The notes: a model not told the origin generated them from the letters alone. A DNA stretch of 64,000 bases from Minisyncoccota bacterium (GCA_965222235.1 OZ244939.1:323396-387395); one strand, 5' to 3'; positions 18,326 through 32,151 are shown, counted from the stretch's first letter. Made by a program: numbers and translations.

Positions 18326-19531
18326 ATGAAACAAAAAGAAAAAAATATCGTGGTTTTTGACATCGGCGGCAGCAATCTCAAGGCGCTGTTCGGATCGCGT
18401 AATGACACGGAAACCCAGCGGAAGCCTTTTTTTGAACTGCACGGCGTAATCGGCGCCGTACAGGGTATTTCAAGCAAAGGATTTGTGCAGAACAGAACCG
18501 CGCTGCTGCGCTCCGTCCGGGATGTCTACGACAAGCTCTGTTCCTTTTCCGGATATGACATCAACGAAGCGTATGTACTCTACACCCACCCGAACACCCG
18601 ATTCCTCACAAAAACCATGGGGACCACCTCCATTAAAAATCCCGAGGGTATACATATCACGGAGGAATGGCTGGAACAGAAAAAAGAATACATACGGGAA
18701 CAGATTGCACGGTACCACCGCCAGGAAAAATGCACCTATTTTTCCGTTCAGTCCATATGCGCCGACGGCGAGGAAATTATGTATGACCCCTATGAATACA
18801 CCGCCATGCGCTCAATTGTCATCACCTACAACTACGCGCTGACACCGGCGACATACATGGAGCACATCCGGGAGATTATGGAGCAGGTGTTCGCCATAGT
18901 CACCATCCATCCTGTCGCTGTCGCGAACGGTTTTTTTCTTTCAAAGGAGCAGAAAGACCGGGGTGCTCTTGTCTGCGATATCGGCACGCACACAACCACG
19001 GTGTCCGTCTACCGGGACGGCCGGATGATCGGCATGCACACATTTCCGTTCGGCGGAGCGACTATCACGAATGAAATCGCGCTCAGCAAAAAGATATCAC
19101 TGGAAGAGGCCGAGCAGATAAAATATGACATGCATCTGCCGGAGCAGCCGCTGAAAAAACGCGAAGTGCAGACGATTGAAAAAAAACTGGCGGCACATAT
19201 TAAGGCGGACATATTGGGGTATATAAAAAGTGTGGACGCGAAGAAACAGTTCCCCGGCGGCGTGCTGCTCATCGGCAGCGGCGCGCAATATCCCAATCTT
19301 GATGCAGTCATTGAAAAAACACTCGGACTCTATACCGAGCACGCGAAGATATCGTACCACATTCAGAATCAGCAACACGCCCGGCAGACGACCTGGCAGT
19401 CCGCATACGGCCTGCTCCATGCGCTTGCTACCAGAACATTGGATGATACTGTATATGCCCACCGGACAAAAACACCGTTCTGGCACATCGTCACCCGGTG
19501 GCTCCATGCCGTTTCAAAAATACTGCGCTGA
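18326..19531 (+). CDS. ftsA: Cell division protein FtsA (divergent)
   Basis: FDIGGS, CDIGTHTT, FGGATITNEI, EEAEQIK; directly upstream of ftsZ. Confidence 0.85.
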   Translation: MKQKEKNIVVFDIGGSNLKALFGSRNDTETQRKPFFELHGVIGAVQGISSKGFVQNRTALLRSVRDVYDKLCSFSGYDINEAYVLYTHPNTRFLTKTMGTTSIKNPEGIHITEEWLEQKKEYIREQIARYHRQEKCTYFSVQSICADGEEIMYDPYEYTAMRSIVITYNYALTPATYMEHIREIMEQVFAIVTIHPVAVANGFFLSKEQKDRGALVCDIGTHTTTVSVYRDGRMIGMHTFPFGGATITNEIALSKKISLEEAEQIKYDMHLPEQPLKKREVQTIEKKLAAHIKADILGYIKSVDAKKQFPGGVLLIGSGAQYPNLDAVIEKTLGLYTEHAKISYHIQNQQHARQTTWQSAYGLLHALATRTLDDTVYAHRTKTPFWHIVTRWLHAVSKILR

Positions 19532-19575
19532 ACCGAGGTGGTGCGGACAGTAGCGATAGTGTATAGTGATGACAT

Positions 19576-20778
19576 ATGAAGAAGGTATCGCCGCCGGCAA
19601 GTGAGACATTCGCGCGGATTCGGGTCATCGGTCTCGGCGGTTCGGGCAAGAATGCAACCAATCATATGGTAAAAATGGGGGTTTCCGGTGTTGAGTTTAT
19701 CGTTGCGAACACGGACGCGCAGGATCTGCAGCATTCGCGCGCGGAGAAAAAGGTGCACCTCGGGAAAAAAACCACGCAGGGACTCGGCACCGGCATGAAT
19801 CCGACGCTCGGAAGAACCGCCGCGGAAGAATCGCTTGCCGACATACATGAAACATTGAAAGGAAGTGACCTTGTGTTCATCGCCTGCGGTATGGGGGGAG
19901 GCACCGGCACCGGAGCCGCTCCGGTCATCGCAAAAACCGCAAGAGATTTGAACATCCTCACCGTCGCGGTGGTGACGAAGCCGTTCACCTTTGAGGGCGG
20001 AAAGCGGCGGAGTGTTGCCGAGGAAGGCCTGGAAAAACTGTCCCAGAACACCGATGCCATCGTCATCATACCGAATGACAACATTCTCGCCATTGCTGAT
20101 GACAAAACTACCCTGGCGGAGGCATTCACCCTCAGCGACAATGTGCTCCATCAGGCGGTAAGCGGTATATCCCAGCTGATTATGAAGCCCGGTGACATTA
20201 ATATAGATTTTGCCGATATCCAGGTCATTCTCAAAGATTCCGGCGTATCGCTGCTCGGCATCGGCAACGGCCGCGGTACGAATCGTGCGGAGCTCGCGGT
20301 CACACGGGCGGTGTCTTCCCCACTTCTTGAAACCTCCATCAAAGGAGCAAAACGGGTACTGTTCTCCATTGCATCAAAATCGCGATCTGAGATTTCAATG
20401 CGCGAAGTGCAGACGATAGCGGAGCGGATTGCAGAATCCGTTGATCCGGAAGCGAAGATTATCTTCGGCACCTCAACCGACAAGGATCTGCGCCAGGGGG
20501 AAATTCAGGTAACCCTTATCGCAACCGCTTTTGAGCCGGCGATAAGCCAGCAGGTGCCTCCGGAGAAATCAGCCGCACAGGCTGATATCCCGGTTATACA
20601 GTCATCCGCCGTAAAAGCGACTGAACGACTGAGTGACTTTTCTATGGAGAACGCCCATACGAATAAAAACGAAGGGGCGGTGTTCGGCGATGATGTGATA
20701 TATGAGGAGGAAACGAGTATCAATAAAGACACTATGGATCAGAACAAAATATGGAAAAAACTATGGAACGGCAAGTAG
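19576..20778 (+). CDS. ftsZ: Cell division protein FtsZ
   Basis: GMGGGTGTG tubulin motif, NTDAQDL, NIDFAD. Confidence 0.98.
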   Translation: MKKVSPPASETFARIRVIGLGGSGKNATNHMVKMGVSGVEFIVANTDAQDLQHSRAEKKVHLGKKTTQGLGTGMNPTLGRTAAEESLADIHETLKGSDLVFIACGMGGGTGTGAAPVIAKTARDLNILTVAVVTKPFTFEGGKRRSVAEEGLEKLSQNTDAIVIIPNDNILAIADDKTTLAEAFTLSDNVLHQAVSGISQLIMKPGDINIDFADIQVILKDSGVSLLGIGNGRGTNRAELAVTRAVSSPLLETSIKGAKRVLFSIASKSRSEISMREVQTIAERIAESVDPEAKIIFGTSTDKDLRQGEIQVTLIATAFEPAISQQVPPEKSAAQADIPVIQSSAVKATERLSDFSMENAHTNKNEGAVFGDDVIYEEETSINKDTMDQNKIWKKLWNGK

Positions 20779-21689
20779 AGTTACTTATCATCGGCGCCGG
20801 ACCTGCCGGAACCGCTGCGGGTGTATATGCGGCGCGCAAGCAGCTCAGAACCGCTCTCATTACTGAGAGCTACGGCGGACAGAGCATCGTCTCACCGGAT
20901 ATTAAAAACTGGATCGGTATGCCGAGTATCAGCGGCGACGATCTTGCTGAATCTTTTAAACATCACCTTCGGGAATACACAGACGGATCGCTTGCCCTTC
21001 TTGAAACAAAAGTAACCGGCATGACAAAAACAAACAGCGGATACACTGCCGCATGTGAAAACGGCGAGACTGTATCGGCTCAGACAGTGTTTCTCGCGAC
21101 CGGCGCGGATCGCCGGCGCCTTGTTGATGTGCCCGGCGCGGACGAATTTGAACACAAAGGGCTGACCTACTGCGCCTCCTGCGACGGTCCGCTGTTCACC
21201 GGAAAAGAAGTCGCTGTTATCGGCGGCGGCAACGCCGGATTTGAAACGGCGGCGCAGTTGCTCGCCTACGCGAAAAAGGTCACACTCCTGCACCGCAGCG
21301 GCAAATACAAAGCGGACGCGGTCACGATTGAAAAAGTACTCGCGCATCCGAACATGACGGGGATACCTGACGCACACATTTCCGGAGTCAGCGGCAACGG
21401 ATTAGTCAGCGGTATCACCTATACCAAAGACGGTGCGGAACATGCGCTCGCTGTTGAGGGCGTGTTCGTTGAAATAGGTCTCATCCCTTCAACCGCGATA
21501 ACGGGCGATATGGTTGAGAAGGACGCGGTCGGCAGAATCAGGGTTGATCCGCGCACCCATCAATCCTCGGACTCCGGAATATGGGCCGCAGGCGACTGTT
21601 GCGACGGCATGTTTCATCAGAACAACATCGCCGCGGGCGATGCTGTAAAGGCACTTGAGCACATCTATCTCACATTGCACGCGCGATAG
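20763..21689 (+). CDS. trxB: Thioredoxin reductase / AhpF-like oxidoreductase
   Basis: GAGPAG, CASCDG, GGGNAG; overlaps the ftsZ stop. Confidence 0.88.
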   Translation: MERQVELLIIGAGPAGTAAGVYAARKQLRTALITESYGGQSIVSPDIKNWIGMPSISGDDLAESFKHHLREYTDGSLALLETKVTGMTKTNSGYTAACENGETVSAQTVFLATGADRRRLVDVPGADEFEHKGLTYCASCDGPLFTGKEVAVIGGGNAGFETAAQLLAYAKKVTLLHRSGKYKADAVTIEKVLAHPNMTGIPDAHISGVSGNGLVSGITYTKDGAEHALAVEGVFVEIGLIPSTAITGDMVEKDAVGRIRVDPRTHQSSDSGIWAAGDCCDGMFHQNNIAAGDAVKALEHIYLTLHAR

Positions 21690-23840
21690 CTATACCCCCG
21701 GCCACGGCTCAACAATGAGCATATCCCGCCGCTTATATCTTCCGCTCGGCACGTGTCTCCATATCGCTTCCGTGACGAAGGGCATGAACGGATGAAGTGC
21801 TCTGAGCGATGATGTATAAATATACATGAGCATTGCTTTCTTTGACTGTTTTTCCGTTCCGTCGGCTCCGTGCAGCACTTCTTTGCTTTCTTCAATGATG
21901 CTGTCGGCAAATGTATGCCATATATAGTGATACAGTTTCTCGGCCGCAAGATGGTATCGATAGTGTTCCATATCATCTGTTATCTCCCGAAGCAATTCTT
22001 CCCACCCGCGCACATGCGTGGCGTCCGTTTCGGTATATTCCCCGCCGCCGCTGTCTCCCGCTTCCGTGAGCACGAACCGCCCGATATTCCATACCTTGTT
22101 TGCGAATTTTCTGTATCCTCTGATGTTATCTATTGAAAAATTGATGCTCTCTCCCGGCACGGAGCCGATAATATATGCCATGCGCACGGCGTCAACGCCG
22201 TATTCATTCACAACCTCAGTCGGATCAATAACATTACCCTTTGATTTGCTCATTTTCTCACCCTTCGCATCGCGTACCAGTCCGTGAAGATATATTATCC
22301 TGAACGGCACGGCACCGGTGCGGTACAGCCCGAGCATTATCATACGAAGGACCCAGAAGAATAGTATGTCGTGCCCCGTCTCCATGACATCGGTCGGATA
22401 ATGGCGTTTGTAATCCGGACCGTCCGGATACCCCAACGTTATGAACGGCCACTGCCCCGATGAGAACCAGGTGTCAAAAGTGTCTGCATCCGGCACAACG
22501 TCGCCGCCGCATGCAGCGCAGGATGAAATCGTACCGTCAATATCAACCATGCCGTTGCCGCATGCAGTGCAGATTTTCGCCGGTATCGGTATGCCCCAAA
22601 CAATCTGCCGGGAAATATTCCAGTCCTGAATATCGGTGAGCCAGTGAAGCGCCACCCGCTCATACCGCTCTGTTATAAAAGAAACTTCTTTTGCTGTAAT
22701 TGCCTGAACTGCTTTCTCCGCAAGCGGCTTCATTGATATGAACCACTGCTTTTTGAGCTGCGGTTCAATCTCCCGTCCGCACTTGTAACAGGTCGGTACC
22801 GTGTGTGTGTAGGTGTCGTCAACACGGACCAACAGCCCTTTTTTGCGCATACTCTCAACGAGCGGTCCGCGTACGTCACGGATATCCGTGCCGGCAAATG
22901 CTCCGGCGACCGGCAGCAGCTTCCCCCGCTCATCAATGATCTGCTCGTATTCCAGACCGTGCCGCTTGGCTATCTCCCAGTCAACTGCTGAATGCCATGG
23001 TGTTATGGTCATGACGCCGCTTCCTTTTTCCGGATCACCCGCCCTGTCCTTGATAATCGTCGCCGTCACTGTTCTGTTAATCCACGGCACTTCAATTTTT
23101 TGCCCGTGCTCATACTTGATATACCGCGCATCATCCGGATGCATCACCACATACTTGTCGCCGAACTTTGTCTCGGGACGAACGGTACCGATGACAAAGG
23201 GACCGTACTTGAAATAGTAGAAGGGGTCGTTCCGTTCCTCATACAGCAGCTCCAACTCGGAAAACCCGGTCTGATGTTTCGGACACCAGTGCACCGTGCG
23301 CAGGTTCCGGTACAGCAGTCCGTCTTTCTCCAACTGTGCAAATGTCGCGTACACCTGCTTTTTGACCCGATCGTCAAGCGTGAAGGTGTCGCGCGACCAG
23401 TCACAGCTCGCACCCAGCGCTCTGAGCTGATTCTGCATGTGTTTCTTGTTCTCCTGCGTAAACTGCAGAATTTCACCGTAGAGCTCTTCCCGCGAGAGGT
23501 TAAACCGTGACCGTCCTTCTTTCTCCAATTTTTTTTCATACACAATCTGTGTTTCAAACCCGGCGTGATCCGCCCCGGGAAGCCACAGCGCCCTCTTCCC
23601 CCGCATTCTTGCGTACCGAACCATCAGATCTTCCAGCGTGACGAACAGCGCATGACCGGCATGCAGTGATCCGTTCGCGTTCGGCGGCGGCATGATGACG
23701 GTGTACGGCTCTCCCGCCTCGGGCAGGTTGTCCGGATTGAAATACCCGCCTTTCTCCCACTGTGTATATATATCAGCTTCTTTTTTCGTATGATTGTATG
23801 GTTTCAAAAAATCCTCCGAGACGGTATGCGCTTTTTCCAT
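21690..23840 (-). CDS. valS: Valyl-tRNA synthetase (short form lacking the C-terminal coiled coil)
   Basis: PPPNANGSLHAGH, WNISRQ, DTWFSSG, KMSKSKGN. Confidence 0.96.
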   Translation of the reverse strand: MEKAHTVSEDFLKPYNHTKKEADIYTQWEKGGYFNPDNLPEAGEPYTVIMPPPNANGSLHAGHALFVTLEDLMVRYARMRGKRALWLPGADHAGFETQIVYEKKLEKEGRSRFNLSREELYGEILQFTQENKKHMQNQLRALGASCDWSRDTFTLDDRVKKQVYATFAQLEKDGLLYRNLRTVHWCPKHQTGFSELELLYEERNDPFYYFKYGPFVIGTVRPETKFGDKYVVMHPDDARYIKYEHGQKIEVPWINRTVTATIIKDRAGDPEKGSGVMTITPWHSAVDWEIAKRHGLEYEQIIDERGKLLPVAGAFAGTDIRDVRGPLVESMRKKGLLVRVDDTYTHTVPTCYKCGREIEPQLKKQWFISMKPLAEKAVQAITAKEVSFITERYERVALHWLTDIQDWNISRQIVWGIPIPAKICTACGNGMVDIDGTISSCAACGGDVVPDADTFDTWFSSGQWPFITLGYPDGPDYKRHYPTDVMETGHDILFFWVLRMIMLGLYRTGAVPFRIIYLHGLVRDAKGEKMSKSKGNVIDPTEVVNEYGVDAVRMAYIIGSVPGESINFSIDNIRGYRKFANKVWNIGRFVLTEAGDSGGGEYTETDATHVRGWEELLREITDDMEHYRYHLAAEKLYHYIWHTFADSIIEESKEVLHGADGTEKQSKKAMLMYIYTSSLRALHPFMPFVTEAIWRHVPSGRYKRRDMLIVEPWPGV

Positions 23841-23940
23841 ACCGCCAGTGTATCATACACAGCCGCGACATGATCTAAACGGAGTGCGCAAAACACCCCC
23901 TAATGATTTAGGGGGTGATCATGTGCGCGGCACATGTCCA

Positions 23941-24075
23941 TTACCGCACGTATCCCAACGAGGTCAGCAGCGACATGAAGATGTATGCGATGAAGTATGC
24001 GCGGCCGAGCGGCACCGCAAACCTCAGAAACATCTCATCCTCTTCTTTCCGCTTTTCCGGATTGTCCGCTTTCAT
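23941..24075 (-). CDS. Small membrane peptide (44 aa)
   Basis: SD AAGGAG before ATG 24075; hydrophobic C-terminal half; hairpin CACCCCCTAA...TTAGGGGGTG at ~23894-23917 downstream. Confidence 0.5.
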   Translation of the reverse strand: MKADNPEKRKEEDEMFLRFAVPLGRAYFIAYIFMSLLTSLGYVR

Positions 24076-24200
24076 TGACATCTCCTTTGACGCGTGAGGC
24101 AAAGGTACATCGGAAGAAACATCCGACACGGAGTTAGTATATCCTGATCCGTCTTTTTCCGTCAAGCGGGAACAGTATACACCGTATATCCGCATCTTTG

Positions 24201-24310
24201 TTCTGGCGACGAGCTACTCTCCCGCATAAGCAGTACCATCGCCCCTGGAGGACTTAACTTCCGTATTCGGAATGAGAACGGGTGTGACCCCTCCGGTTTC
24301 ATCACCAGAA
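24201..24310 (-). rRNA. rrf: 5S rRNA
   Basis: Minus strand has CACACCCGTTCTCATTCCGAATACGGAAGTTAAG and GATGGTACTG...GGGAGAGTAG; terminal helix TTCTGG/CCAGAA. Confidence 0.95.
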
Positions 24311-24395
24311 CAAAAAGGCGGAATATATTTTCCGCATAATATCTATTGCAATAACCATGGGCAATTCTAACGAAACAGAACGCCTATTACTTTCC

Positions 24396-27350
<2,955 letters not shown>

Positions 27351-27419
27351 GGAAACTAATAGCCGCTCTTGTTTCGTTTTTTGATGAACGAATTGCCCAT
27401 GCTTATTGCAATAGAATAA

Positions 27420-27464
27420 TTGTAAAGATCAGGATGAAAAAGAAAAAGCGTCCCGTCGGGACGC
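27420..27464 (-). promoter_or_regulatory. rRNA leader: hairpin plus boxA-like GATCTTTACAA
   Basis: GCGTCCC-GAC-GGGACGC hairpin with U-tract, then a boxA-like motif. The hairpin could instead be the ychF terminator. Confidence 0.5.
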
Positions 27465-27599
27465 CTACTCAATACTACTGAATGCGAACCCTACGGTTTA
27501 TTCTTTTGCAATTTCTTTTCCACATACACAGTGTACCTGGCTCCGTGTAAAAACGCAATACCGACTTCCACATATCCGACCACAGATGCAACCGAATGG

Positions 27600-28679
27600 C
27601 TACCCCGTCCGGAATATGATGACATCACCGTCCTGCACGATATAGTCCTTCCCCTCCAGCCGTAACAGACCGGCGGACCGGGCATCGGTATAGGAGCCGG
27701 CACTGAGCAGATCCTCATGGGAGATAACCTCGGCACGGATAAAATTTTTCTCAAAATCGGTATGAATAGCTCGGGCGGCTCTCGGTGCTGTTGAGCCTGC
27801 CGGCACTGTCCAGGCACGGGTTTCTTTTTCGCCGGTGGTAAAAAAGGATATGAGGCCGAGCGTGCAGTATGCGGAACGGATAATATCGTCAACACCGCCG
27901 TCACCGTGAGAAAGCGCTTCTCTGAGCTCACGTGACTCTTTCGAACCCAGATGCGAAAGCTCCTCCTCGGTCTGCACGGCGACGATGACAACCTCGGAGC
28001 CCGTTCGTTTCGCGCATTCCCGCACCTGCTCAACATCCCGCTCGTCATACCGGATACCGATATTGCAGACATAGAGCATCGGCTTGACGGTGAGCAGGCC
28101 GAGTCCGTTTAAATACTGTTTCTCGTCATCAGCAAGCGGCAACGTTGCGGCGGGATGTCCCGAAGCGATTTCCGTGCGCACATTTTTCAGCAGCTTCTGC
28201 TCCGCCGCCGCATTTTCACCCCGCTTCATCTCCTTGTCAACCTTTTCCAGGCGACGTTCAACGATCTGTATATCGGCAAGCAGCAGTTCCGTTTCAATCA
28301 CCTCAATATCTCGGAGCGGATTCACTCCTCCGTCCACATGCAGCACATCCTCGTCAATAAAGCAGCGTACCATATGCACAATCGCGTTGACTTCGCGGAT
28401 ATGCGAGAGAAACGCGTTGCCGAGACCCTCGCCTTTTGACGCACCGCGTACCAAACCGGCAATATCCACGAATTCGAGGGCGGCGGGAACGGTGTTCTGT
28501 GACCGCGAAAACTCGGTAAGCTGTTTAAGCCGTCCGTCCGGCACCTCAACGACACCGACCGACGGATCAATGGTGCAGAACGGAAAGTTTTTCGCCGGCA
28601 CGCCTTTCTTCGTAAGCGCGTTAAATAGTGTGCTTTTCCCTGTGTTCGGCAGACCTACAATCCCCAATGTTATATTCAT
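27600..28679 (-). CDS. ychF: Ribosome-binding ATPase YchF
   Basis: [33 protein letters not shown]. Confidence 0.96.
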   Translation of the reverse strand: MNITLGIVGLPNTGKSTLFNALTKKGVPAKNFPFCTIDPSVGVVEVPDGRLKQLTEFSRSQNTVPAALEFVDIAGLVRGASKGEGLGNAFLSHIREVNAIVHMVRCFIDEDVLHVDGGVNPLRDIEVIETELLLADIQIVERRLEKVDKEMKRGENAAAEQKLLKNVRTEIASGHPAATLPLADDEKQYLNGLGLLTVKPMLYVCNIGIRYDERDVEQVRECAKRTGSEVVIVAVQTEEELSHLGSKESRELREALSHGDGGVDDIIRSAYCTLGLISFFTTGEKETRAWTVPAGSTAPRAARAIHTDFEKNFIRAEVISHEDLLSAGSYTDARSAGLLRLEGKDYIVQDGDVIIFRTG

Positions 28680-29263
28680 ACCGCATCCTTCACCGCCATC
28701 TTCTCCACCCGTTTCAGCCATGAGGAAAGCTTCTCCTTCGGGGTGTTGCGGGTCGGTCCGAAACTGGCCACCCGCACCGGCCTGACACCGCACGGGCGCA
28801 GTATGCCCCTGGTCAGCTCGTTGGTGTACGAACCGACGGTACAGCGGAGGAGCAGTGGATACGTTGAGCCGACAATATTAATGACCCGCGCCGTTTTTCC
28901 GCACAGGAGCGGCTTGAAGGTGTTATGTTCAAAGCGGAATGCAAACTGCGGCAGAAATGCCCGGTCAAACAGCCCCTTCATCTTTGCGGGCATGCTGCTC
29001 CACCAGTTCGGATACACAAAAACAAGGTGATCGGCCCAGGCAATCGCTTCCTGAAACGCGACCAGATCCGGTTCCAGTTCCTGAATCACTTCGTAGCCCT
29101 GATGGAGCGCCGGATCAAATACCATCTCGTCAATATTAAACCTCCGGATGTCCGCGCCCGCACGCTGTGCGGCGGACTCATATATGTCTCCACAGGCGTA
29201 TGAAAAGGATGTCTGAACCGGATTGCCGATAAGGAGCATGATTTTTTTGTTTGTCTTTTTCAT
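28676..29263 (-). CDS. NAD(P)H-dependent oxidoreductase (flavodoxin-2 fold)
   Basis: [26 protein letters not shown]. Confidence 0.9.
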   Translation of the reverse strand: MKKTNKKIMLLIGNPVQTSFSYACGDIYESAAQRAGADIRRFNIDEMVFDPALHQGYEVIQELEPDLVAFQEAIAWADHLVFVYPNWWSSMPAKMKGLFDRAFLPQFAFRFEHNTFKPLLCGKTARVINIVGSTYPLLLRCTVGSYTNELTRGILRPCGVRPVRVASFGPTRNTPKEKLSSWLKRVEKMAVKDAV

Positions 29264-29265
29264 AC

Positions 29266-29781
29266 CTATAAATGTTGCGGCTTAATATACTGACGGAAAA
29301 GTATGAACACCACCTGAAATGCGACAAATAAGAGCAGGTACCACAGTATCGGCGTGACAATGCTTGTGAGGATGAAACTCAGCGAGAATGTATGATACGC
29401 GGCAAGGAAATACCAGCCGGCCGCTATGCCCGGCGCGCCGTATGGAACCGGTATGCGTCCATGCGCCATACCGTACGCTATACCACCGTTAAAGAAGAGT
29501 ATCGCCGCCTTAATGCCGTATTCAACCTGGGCAGTGAGAGAGCCGTCAAGCACACCGAATATGAAAAGGGAGAGCGCCACCAGTATTGCCAGAAATATGT
29601 GAAGTACCCGTATGAGAGTGTATATCCAGTGAATGAAGATGTTGCCGAAACCCTCTCTCGGATAGCCGTATTTCAGGGAGAGCGCATATGAAAGCACAGC
29701 AATCGTTGAGGCGCCGAGCAGTATGCTGACGATGGTGCTTTCAATAAATATAAGAAGAGTGAACGGTACATCCATACGCAA
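29266..29781 (-). CDS. Multi-pass membrane protein
   Basis: About five hydrophobic helices. Confidence 0.7.
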   Translation of the reverse strand: MRMDVPFTLLIFIESTIVSILLGASTIAVLSYALSLKYGYPREGFGNIFIHWIYTLIRVLHIFLAILVALSLFIFGVLDGSLTAQVEYGIKAAILFFNGGIAYGMAHGRIPVPYGAPGIAAGWYFLAAYHTFSLSFILTSIVTPILWYLLLFVAFQVVFILFRQYIKPQHL

Positions 29782-29783
29782 TA

Positions 29784-30029
29784 TTATGACATGCTCTGCA
29801 CATCGGTCATCAATTTCTGCATTTCTGGCTGGTATTTCTTCATAACGGCCATGGTTGCGAGCATCTCATCTTGTCCCTGCTTCTTTTTTTCCTGTATTTC
29901 CTTCGCTATATTTTCAAACAGCGCGGGGTTCCGCTCATACATACTCATAAACATGGCTTTCTGACTCTCGGGCAGGTTCTTCATCTGTCGCTCAATCATT
30001 TTACGGGCAATAAAGCTTTTAACTCCCAT
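29784..30029 (-). CDS. Small helical hypothetical protein
   Basis: TGG-TATACT-N8-ATG; KMIERQMKNLP...NPALFENIAKEI...MAVMKKY. Confidence 0.75.
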   Translation of the reverse strand: MGVKSFIARKMIERQMKNLPESQKAMFMSMYERNPALFENIAKEIQEKKKQGQDEMLATMAVMKKYQPEMQKLMTDVQSMS

Positions 30030-30092
30030 ATATATTGAGTATACCATATACAGTATGCGACAGAACACAGCGGTGGTATACTGGAGGCATTG

Positions 30093-30166
30093 GGGCCCGT
30101 AGCTCAGTTGGCTAGAGCGCCGGTTTTGCACTCCGGAGGTCGCAGGTTCAAATCCTGTCGGGTCCA
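30093..30166 (+). tRNA. tRNA-Ala (TGC), CCA not encoded
   Basis: Acceptor GGGCCCG/CGGGTCC with G3:U70; anticodon loop TTTGCAC; T-loop TTCAAAT. Confidence 0.95.
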
Positions 30167-30550
30167 CTCTACAGTACAAATAGGTACACCCTCCCTGTCG
30201 GTCGGATGTGACTTGTTCGTGGTGCGTCGTTTCGGCACGTCATAGGGGGCTTTCCAGCCGTTTCTCGGTTTTTCATCTCTCACAGAGTTAAATATTTAGT
30301 ACTTTAATTTATACTTCCATACCTATTTGCAAAGAATAAATAAAGCACCCCACCAGCGCAACCATAGAGTAAAGCCCTATGAACTGATGGGGTGCTTCAA
30401 AAACTTTACCTATACCTATGGTTGCTTTTATAGTATATGATAAAAACACTTTTTGTGCATTCAAATTTAATTTTTTGTAGACAGGTTTCTTTTGTCATCA
30501 TCTTTTTGCTATACTATCAATAGCAACCAAAAGTATCGCCCGACTATCAT

Positions 30551-31162
30551 ATGGGAATATCCCATATTGTTAGTAAGATAATTAGGTGGAATATGGCGAT
30601 AAAAAAACATAAAACACATTTTGTATTTGCAAAAAAAGACATCAATAAATTAGTAGAAAAATATGATGTCGGAATGATTGAAGATAAGGATGCTGAAATC
30701 CTAACTGTTTTTTTTATTAGAAGTGGGAAAAGATCAAAGATACAGAAAGAAAATATAAAATCTTTTGAAATAAGCAATACTGGTGATGAATTTCCAAAAA
30801 AAATCTGTAATGTCTGTCATAAATTATTTAAAACTTCTCATTTTGAAAAAAATCAAAATGCAAAAAATAACAGAACTGTCAGAAGACCCTCTTGCAGAGA
30901 TTGTAGAAAAAATATTGATGGGGTACAAGTTAACATTAAAATAAGAAAAAAAATCTTAAAAACAAAACCTCATAAAATTCCATTTGAATGCCCCATCTGT
31001 CACAAAAGAACTATTGCAGGTGTCACTAGTAAAGTGGTGATTGACCATGACCATAAAACAGGAAAAATACGTGGGTGGATTTGTGATAGTTGTAATACGG
31101 GAATAGGAAGATTTAAGGATAATGTAGAAATTTTAAAGAGAGCCATCAGGTTTATCAAATAA
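30551..31162 (+). CDS. Hpy99I-like type II restriction endonuclease (HNH / beta-beta-alpha-Me)
   Basis: Four CxxC pairs (CNVC, CRDC, CPIC, CDSC) and DHDH...GWICDSCN.GIG; very AT-rich; the start may be 30593. Confidence 0.85.
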   Translation: MGISHIVSKIIRWNMAIKKHKTHFVFAKKDINKLVEKYDVGMIEDKDAEILTVFFIRSGKRSKIQKENIKSFEISNTGDEFPKKICNVCHKLFKTSHFEKNQNAKNNRTVRRPSCRDCRKNIDGVQVNIKIRKKILKTKPHKIPFECPICHKRTIAGVTSKVVIDHDHKTGKIRGWICDSCNTGIGRFKDNVEILKRAIRFIK

Positions 31163-31993
31163 AGATATATTCAACGTAAGGTGTTTGATTCTTTCCACTG
31201 CAATATCAACATATTTCTGTGAAATATCACAACCAAGATACAGACGATTATTTTTTTGCGCCATTTTACAAGTTGTTCCTGATCCACACATTGGATCAAA
31301 AACCAAATCCCCTTTATTGGTCCAAGAAAGAATATGATCCTCAGCTAACTTTTCTGGAAAAACTGCTGGGTGCTCAAAGGCAATCTTATCACTTGTTGAT
31401 CCATGCAACCCAACTGCATATTCCCATATGTTTGTTCTTGTCTTTTTATTTTTTAACATTTTTAGTGTTTTTTTGTTTATACCATCCGGACCTTTGTTGT
31501 GGGTAAGCATCTCTAAACCCTGCCTAACAGTATCTACTTCAATAGGATTAAATGTTGTCGGTTTCCCCTTACTTAACACAAACATAAATTCAAAACAATT
31601 TGTGTATCCATTAGAACGCATAAACGGTGTATTTTTCTTTTTATACACCATCACATCATGCACATTAAACCCAATTTCTTGAAATGTTATTGCCTGTTTA
31701 AAACTTGTGAGGCTCTTGTTTCCATTTTTCACTTTATCACCAACAACCCAAACAAGTACTCCCCCTTCTTTTGTTATTCTAAACAATTCAGGTACCATGG
31801 ATTCAAAATCAAAACGATACCCCTCATAGTTTCTTAATTCATCATAAGGAGGTGAAGTAACTGTTAAATCAATAAAACAATCTGGAAAATCTTTCATTAC
31901 CTCCATGGCATTGCCACACAAAATACTGTTTACTGGTGATTTATTGCTGTTGGTTGTCACCCTTTTTACAGGCATTTTTACTAAATCGCTCAT
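31133..31993 (-). CDS. Beta-class DNA amino-methyltransferase (probably N4-cytosine)
   Basis: TSPPY catalytic motif precedes the DPMCGSGTT SAM-binding motif; convergent with the nuclease. Confidence 0.92.
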   Translation of the reverse strand: MSDLVKMPVKRVTTNSNKSPVNSILCGNAMEVMKDFPDCFIDLTVTSPPYDELRNYEGYRFDFESMVPELFRITKEGGVLVWVVGDKVKNGNKSLTSFKQAITFQEIGFNVHDVMVYKKKNTPFMRSNGYTNCFEFMFVLSKGKPTTFNPIEVDTVRQGLEMLTHNKGPDGINKKTLKMLKNKKTRTNIWEYAVGLHGSTSDKIAFEHPAVFPEKLAEDHILSWTNKGDLVFDPMCGSGTTCKMAQKNNRLYLGCDISQKYVDIAVERIKHLTLNISLFDKPDGSL

Positions 31994-32151
31994 ATGTTCA
32001 GTATACCTAATTAGAACACATCCATACTGGGTTATCTACAAAAATCATTTAATATATTAAATTAACCTTATTACAATAAGCTCATATATAAAGATACAAA
32101 ATATCTAAATATATACAATATCCTGTATACAAGTGTATTAATTTTCTATTT

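Noticed and set aside
30030-30179. N-terminal extension of ORF 29784-30179 (and likewise 51840-52091 of uppS)
   Set aside because: These extensions run across tRNA genes; the downstream ATGs fit better.
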